Source of the DNA: Macrostomum lignano
Taxonomy: Eukaryota
Length of the DNA: 50,981 nt
Assembly (NCBI GenBank): GCA_002269645.1
Contig: NIVC01003042.1
Coordinates: 1 to 50,981, forward strand
Reading direction: 5' to 3'
Under the pieces are notes generated by a model that was given only the letters and a program-made list of their open reading frames with translations, did no database searches and was not told the origin of the DNA. This document shows, one piece after another, positions 46,801-50,981 of the stretch; the stretch's first letter is position 1; every line of letters starts with the position of its first letter. The position numbers and the translations under genes are program-made.

Positions 46801-49800
46801 GACTGAGTAGGCTCTTCAATCATGACTGAGTAGACTCTTCATTCATGACTGAGTAGACTCTTCATTCATGACTGAGTAGGCTCTTCAATCATGACTGAGT
46901 AGGCTTTGAATCATTACTGAGCAAGCTCTTCAATCATGACTGAATAGCCTCTTAAATTACGACTGAGTAGGTTCTTCAAATATGACTGAGTTGGCTTATC
47001 AATCATGACTGAGCAGGCTCTAAATTATGACTGAGTAGGCTCTTATATAGGCTGATGATGCTCTAAGGCAGGCTGATCAGAGGTTCTCAAAAAATGAGAA
47101 AACCAGTGAATTGGTGTCTAAAAGCAGCCGTAGAGTCTGCAAAAGCGCCTAATTTCGCTCCCAAACCACCCGCAGAACGACCTGTTTGCCCCCAGCTACG
47201 CCGAAGTAGTTGAAGGCTCCTCCCGCATCGCCAGAATCGAATACCGCATCACCAACTGCCAGTTCACTGGCAACGGCCAGGCCGTGTTCTCCCAGCACAA
47301 TCACGTGCAGTACGCCAACAACTTGTGGAATTACACTATCGAGCAGTGCGAATTCTCGCGCAACACTCGCGGCGGATTTGACATCGATTTTCCGTTTGTT
47401 AGTAAAAAATTCGACTGGCGCTACGAAGAGGACATCATGCACTATGTCACTTATAGGAACAACAAGTTCGCGGCCAATCAGAACACGCGCATGGTTATCA
47501 GAGGCTACAACGCCGATATTAACATATTGAATAGCGAGTTCACTGATAACAGGTGCCAGCGCCAGAGCCTTATCGGCCTGCTTGGCATGGAGAAGCGGGT
47601 CAGCCTATCAGGCAACACCATCACTAACAATGTCAACTGCACCGCACTTGTTGACTTTGACATCGTCTCCCAGACGGAGTTCTCACCGCCCGTGCCGGCC
47701 AGCGTCACCAGGAACGTCATTCGCGGCAACGCCTGCCCGCCGTCCTCCGATCCAGACGGCGTACTGGACTCTTCGACCCCAACCTGCGCGGCCGTCAGCG
47801 TCCAGGGCATTCAAGATGTTCTTGTCCAGCGCAACATCATTAGCAACGGCTACCAGACCGAGCTCATCGCCGGTGTACAATCGTCCAGCCTCATCAACTC
47901 GTTCAATTGCACCGAAAACTATTGGGGCAGCGTCGATATCGAAGTGATCCGATCGAGAATATTTGACTACGACAGCTGGAACAATTTCGCCGTGGCCGAT
48001 TTCAGCCGCTATCTGACCACCGAGTCTCTGGACTCTCCGGTCAGCTCGGCCGTCATACCGCCCAGGACCATCGATTTCAATCGGCCATTCGGCGGCCGAA
48101 TCGCGCGGGACACTCGGCTGCAGTGGCGCCGGACGCCTTACCTGGTGAATCGGGACATCACGGTGATGCCCGGTGCCACTCTCAGCATCGATGCCGGGGT
48201 TGAGCTGCAATTCTATCCCAATGTCGGCATGCTGGTGCTGGGCCGCATCGACGCAATGGGCTCCTACAACTCCCCCATCAAAATGCGTCCTGTTGTCAAG
48301 GCGGCAGCGGCTGCAGCCGGACGGAAGCGTCGAAAACGTCGCGACACGACAACTAGCTCAACAGCCGAGTACTTCGCCAAGTACACGGAGCCGGAGTCCA
48401 GCAAAGGCGGCGTGAAAGTGTCGCTTGAACGGAACGGCATTCGCTGGTGGCTGGCCGAATTGCTAACGAAGGATTTCTGCAGTTTTATAACACCTCGGCG
48501 GCCAGGTGAGTGATAGATACTTAATATGGTTCTGAGGTCTTTACCTCTGATCTCACACTACAAGTAGCAGTCTTTTCTTACTACTCTTTAGTAGGTGGGT
48601 AGCAGGCGATCTCTTATAAAGACCTTTTTGTACAGTAGTTATAGGCACAGGTATTGCTTTTGTCAGCTAAGATGATAATTGGATGATCCACTGCACTCGG
48701 CCATAGACAATAAGGCCAATCAAGCAGGCAGCTCCAACTCCAAGCATGCTGTCTCCTACAGGCTGCGGCCCAAGCCAGCTGTTAAAGGCTCTGCTCTCTG
48801 GTTTAAAAAGACAATCAAGTAGAGAATTACAAAGCAAGTTGGAGTTAAAACAAAATGGGCTCGGATTTTCTTAGAATTTTCATAACTTTTTTATCATTGC
48901 GGCAGCTTATTGTTTTATGCATGATTTTTTTGCGGAATAATATCTGTGTTGTGATTTGTTCGCGGCTTTTTTCTATGGTCAAACCCGATAAATTTGCAGT
49001 CTCATGACAAAATTCGCATTCAATTTGCGTTGCATATGCCCAAAAGTAATAAGCAACGAACAGGCGATTTTTTACTGTATAGTTAGCGAGTGTAGATAAA
49101 ATGGTACACTAGGACTCGAACCAGGGTCTTCTTACTAATCCCTTTGCTGCCGCTCCCTAATCCCAGATGGGACATTGTCTGCGACAACCAGTTCTCCGAA
49201 GAGGTCGGCCGCGTCGTCTGCCGCGAGCTCGGCGTCGAGACCTTCAACGTGATCGTCCGGGAGACCTATCTGTACGATCACTACGTGTACGGCTTCGATA
49301 ATCAGTTTGTGCGCAAGTACTTCTGGATGCGAACCTACAATTGCAAAGGCACCGAGCTCAGCCGGGCCGAGTGCACCGAGCGGCTGAACTACGACTCGCT
49401 GATGTGCGGCCGCCGCCGCGGCTACGTGTTCCTCCGCTGCGGCCAGTCGAATCTGCAGCGGGCGAGACCTACTGGGGCAGCATCCGGGTTGCTCATCCGG
49501 CCATTGAGCAGTCCAACCCCATCACCGGCAAGCCGTCTCAGTTTCGCTACGTGAACATCTACGGCGCGGGCGTGCTGCACAAGCAGAAGGTGGCGGCAAT
49601 CCAGACCACCTATCAGTACCCGCTGTTTGACACGGTCACCATTAGCAACTGCGCCAGCGATGGCTATAAAATCATTGCGCCAAGGCAGTTCGTCCGAGTC
49701 GCCAACACCACCGTCCGCGACAACCTCGGCACCGGCTATTCAATCATCGTCTTGAACGGCGACTCGGCGAACCCGGAGACTACGCCTTTGGTGAGCTTCA

Positions 49801-50467
49801 ATCCTCTGGTTGAGAGCAGCATACCGTATAACCTGGTCGGCCTGGTGGACATCTGCGACAGGCGCAAGGATATGGTTGTCGTTGACCGGCTGCTGGTGTT
49901 CTACAAATACTCGTACGAGACCAGGGCCTGCACTAAGCTGTTCAGATCGCAGGTCAGCGCCAAGCGGGTGGCGCTGCGGTTCCTCCAGATCCAGCTCTAC
50001 TACGATCCGTTCAGCAAGAACTCAATAGAACTGTTCAACGGAGACCGCTTTAACACTACTGAACTGCTGGCCTACATCTCGGCGGCCAATATGACCAGTT
50101 CAGATGACCGGAGGAGAACATTCAGAACCAGGCCAGCCTATGACACAATGGGCGTACACATTCACGCGTCCAGTGCGCGCTCCGACTAACGGTTTCATTG
50201 CCGAGGTGGTCACCCTGCCGCTTAGTCCGGACAAGACCTACCCGGATCTGAACAACTTCATGGAGCACTACGTCAGACAGTCCGTGTTTTACCGGCAACC
50301 AAGAAGGCGGAGTTCACTATAGAGGAGTTGGCGAGATTAATCCCGACTTTGTGGCGCATTTCAATCAGTTTGAGCGGAACGGATTGGACATATTGAATCT
50401 AACTAGCAGGCCAGTGCTGTTTGCGCAGATGCAGAATGGCCGCTATCTGGATGTGTCTAATAATTTG
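34895..50467 (+). CDS. bark: Bark beetle/anakonda-like large SRCR + parallel beta-helix surface protein, 3'-truncated by window; exons 34895-35140, 35650-35822, 35903-36170, 36542-36949, 37859-38254, 38728-39137, 41907-42595, 43145-43327, 43850-44526, 45370-46257, 47176-48505, 49167-50467
   Basis: Signal peptide MASPWILQWLLVVLALCQLGSS. Three copies of a PYx(V/A)TxD(I/V)x(V/I)..T(L/V)x(I/V)xPGVx(L/I)xF-type module, each followed by an SRCR domain (CRELGF; WGTVCDRDF; WDIVCDNQF..VCRELG). GFIAEVVTLP motif. GT-AG boundaries are phase-consistent once seven single-base indels are corrected (~42006, 43317, 44154, 48444, 49458, 50188, 50287). Confidence 0.85.
35295..35606. repeat. 52-bp tandem repeat, 6 copies, bark intron 1
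   Basis: CACGTG or CGCGTG at 35297, 35349, 35401, 35452, 35504, 35556. Confidence 0.92.
36195..36530. repeat. Degenerate C-rich repeat (CACTCCGCCTACGCACC), bark intron 3
   Basis: About 14 degenerate copies. Confidence 0.9.
37137..37650. mobile_element. 514-bp hAT-type MITE with internal 21-bp array, bark intron 4
   Basis: TIRs CAGGGGCGTCGCCA / TGGCGACGCGCCTG (13/14). 8-bp direct repeat CACATCCC at 37129-37136 and 37651-37658. About 15 copies of GGCACTCATTTTGGCGCCTTA at 37245-37560. Confidence 0.8.
38345..38700. repeat. 16/32-bp C-rich repeat (CCCACACTCCCCATATCCTACACTCCCCTTAT), bark intron 5
   Basis: Period 32 (38351 to 38383), decaying towards the 3' end. Confidence 0.9.
39160..41840. repeat. 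28-bp satellite (GGGTCATAGATTGTTGTCGGTACTTTTA), ~95 copies, bark intron 6
   Basis: Period 28 (39181 to 39209); fills the 2.8-kb intron. Confidence 0.98.
42790..43045. repeat. 20-bp minisatellite (CCAGTCTTTGTCTCATATAA), bark intron 7
   Basis: About 12 degenerate copies. Confidence 0.9.
43408..43770. repeat. 24-bp minisatellite (CTATGACCCTAAGCTACTGAGCAG), ~15 copies, bark intron 8
   Basis: Directly visible. Confidence 0.97.
44565..44780 (+). mobile_element. tRNA-derived SINE-like copy in bark intron 9
   Basis: A-box-like TAGCCTAGTATTCTAGCGCG and B-box-like GGGCTCGATTCC; body is homologous to 20436-20723 in opposite orientation. Confidence 0.7.
46275..47045. repeat. 23-bp minisatellite (RTGACTGAGTAGGCTCT + GCAACT or TCAATC), ~33 copies, bark intron 10
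   Basis: Directly visible; the unit variant switches at ~46470. Confidence 0.95.
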
Positions 50468-50474
50468 GTGAGCA

Positions 50475-50981
50475 CTATCTGAGGTATCTGAAGCCCCCCT
50501 ATCTGAGGTATCTGAAGCCTCCCTATTTGAGGTATCTGAAGCCCCCCTATCTGAGGTATCTGAAGCCTCCCTATCTGAGGTATCTGAAGCCCTCTATCTG
50601 AGGCATCTGAAGCCCCCCTATCTGAGGTATCTGAAGCCCCCTATCTGAGGTATCTGAAGCCTCCTCTATCTGAGGTATCTGAAGCCCCCCTATTCTGAGG
50701 TATCTGAAGCCCCTATCTGAGGTATCTGAAGCCTCCCTATCTGAGGTATCTGAAGCCCCCTATCTGAGGTATCTGAAGCCTCCCTATCTGAGGTATCTGA
50801 AGCCCCCTATCTGAGGTATCTGAAAGCCCCCCTATCTGAGGTATCTGAAGCCTCCCTATCTGAGGTATCTGAAGCCCCCTATCTGAGGTATCTGAAGCCC
50901 CCCTATCTGAGGTATCTGAAGCCCCTATCTGAGGTATCTGAAGCCCCCTATCTGAGGTATCTGAAGCCTCCTATCTGAGGT
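50475..50981. repeat. 23-24-bp minisatellite (CTATCTGAGGTATCTGAAGCCCC), bark intron 12, runs off the window
   Basis: Starts 7 nt after the donor at 50468. Confidence 0.97.

Noticed and set aside
49095-49140. tRNA gene on the minus strand (GGTTCGAGTCC)
   Set aside because: Only a T-arm/B-box fragment; no cloverleaf can be built.
43311-50290. Programmed ribosomal frameshifting or bark pseudogene
   Set aside because: Indels go in both directions, no shared slippery motif is evident, no nonsense substitutions are needed and splice sites are intact; assembly error is simpler.

Overview
This is intron-rich animal (invertebrate) genomic DNA, not prokaryotic. CpG-rich exons alternate with AT-rich, satellite-packed introns. 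The style would fit a free-living flatworm such as Macrostomum, but that is only my inference. Genes read by hand, in order: a 5'-truncated PUF60/half-pint-like RRM splicing factor (1-1273); a single-coding-exon neuropeptide-type prohormone (10910-11287); a minus-strand acidic/coiled-coil protein (16242-13996); a complete 13-exon exportin-5 (17726-30700, 1162 aa) with tRNA-Pro(AGG) in intron 11; a decayed CRE-like non-LTR reverse transcriptase; and the first 12 coding exons of a bark beetle/anakonda-like SRCR protein (34895 to past the window end). About 20 unrelated tandem arrays are present, mostly one per intron. I found no CRISPR, defence or other microbial system. The best leads are: (i) a private satellite in most introns, three arrays being enclosed by inverted repeats; (ii) two bark introns whose satellites carry exactly complementary 12-nt cores around exons 7-8; (iii) two sharp ~2.2 kb CpG deserts near the 5' ends of XPO5 and bark; (iv) a prohormone I cannot assign to a family. 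The single-base frameshifts in PUF60 and bark look like long-read assembly errors. All coordinates, counts and family assignments are by eye and from memory, with no database search.
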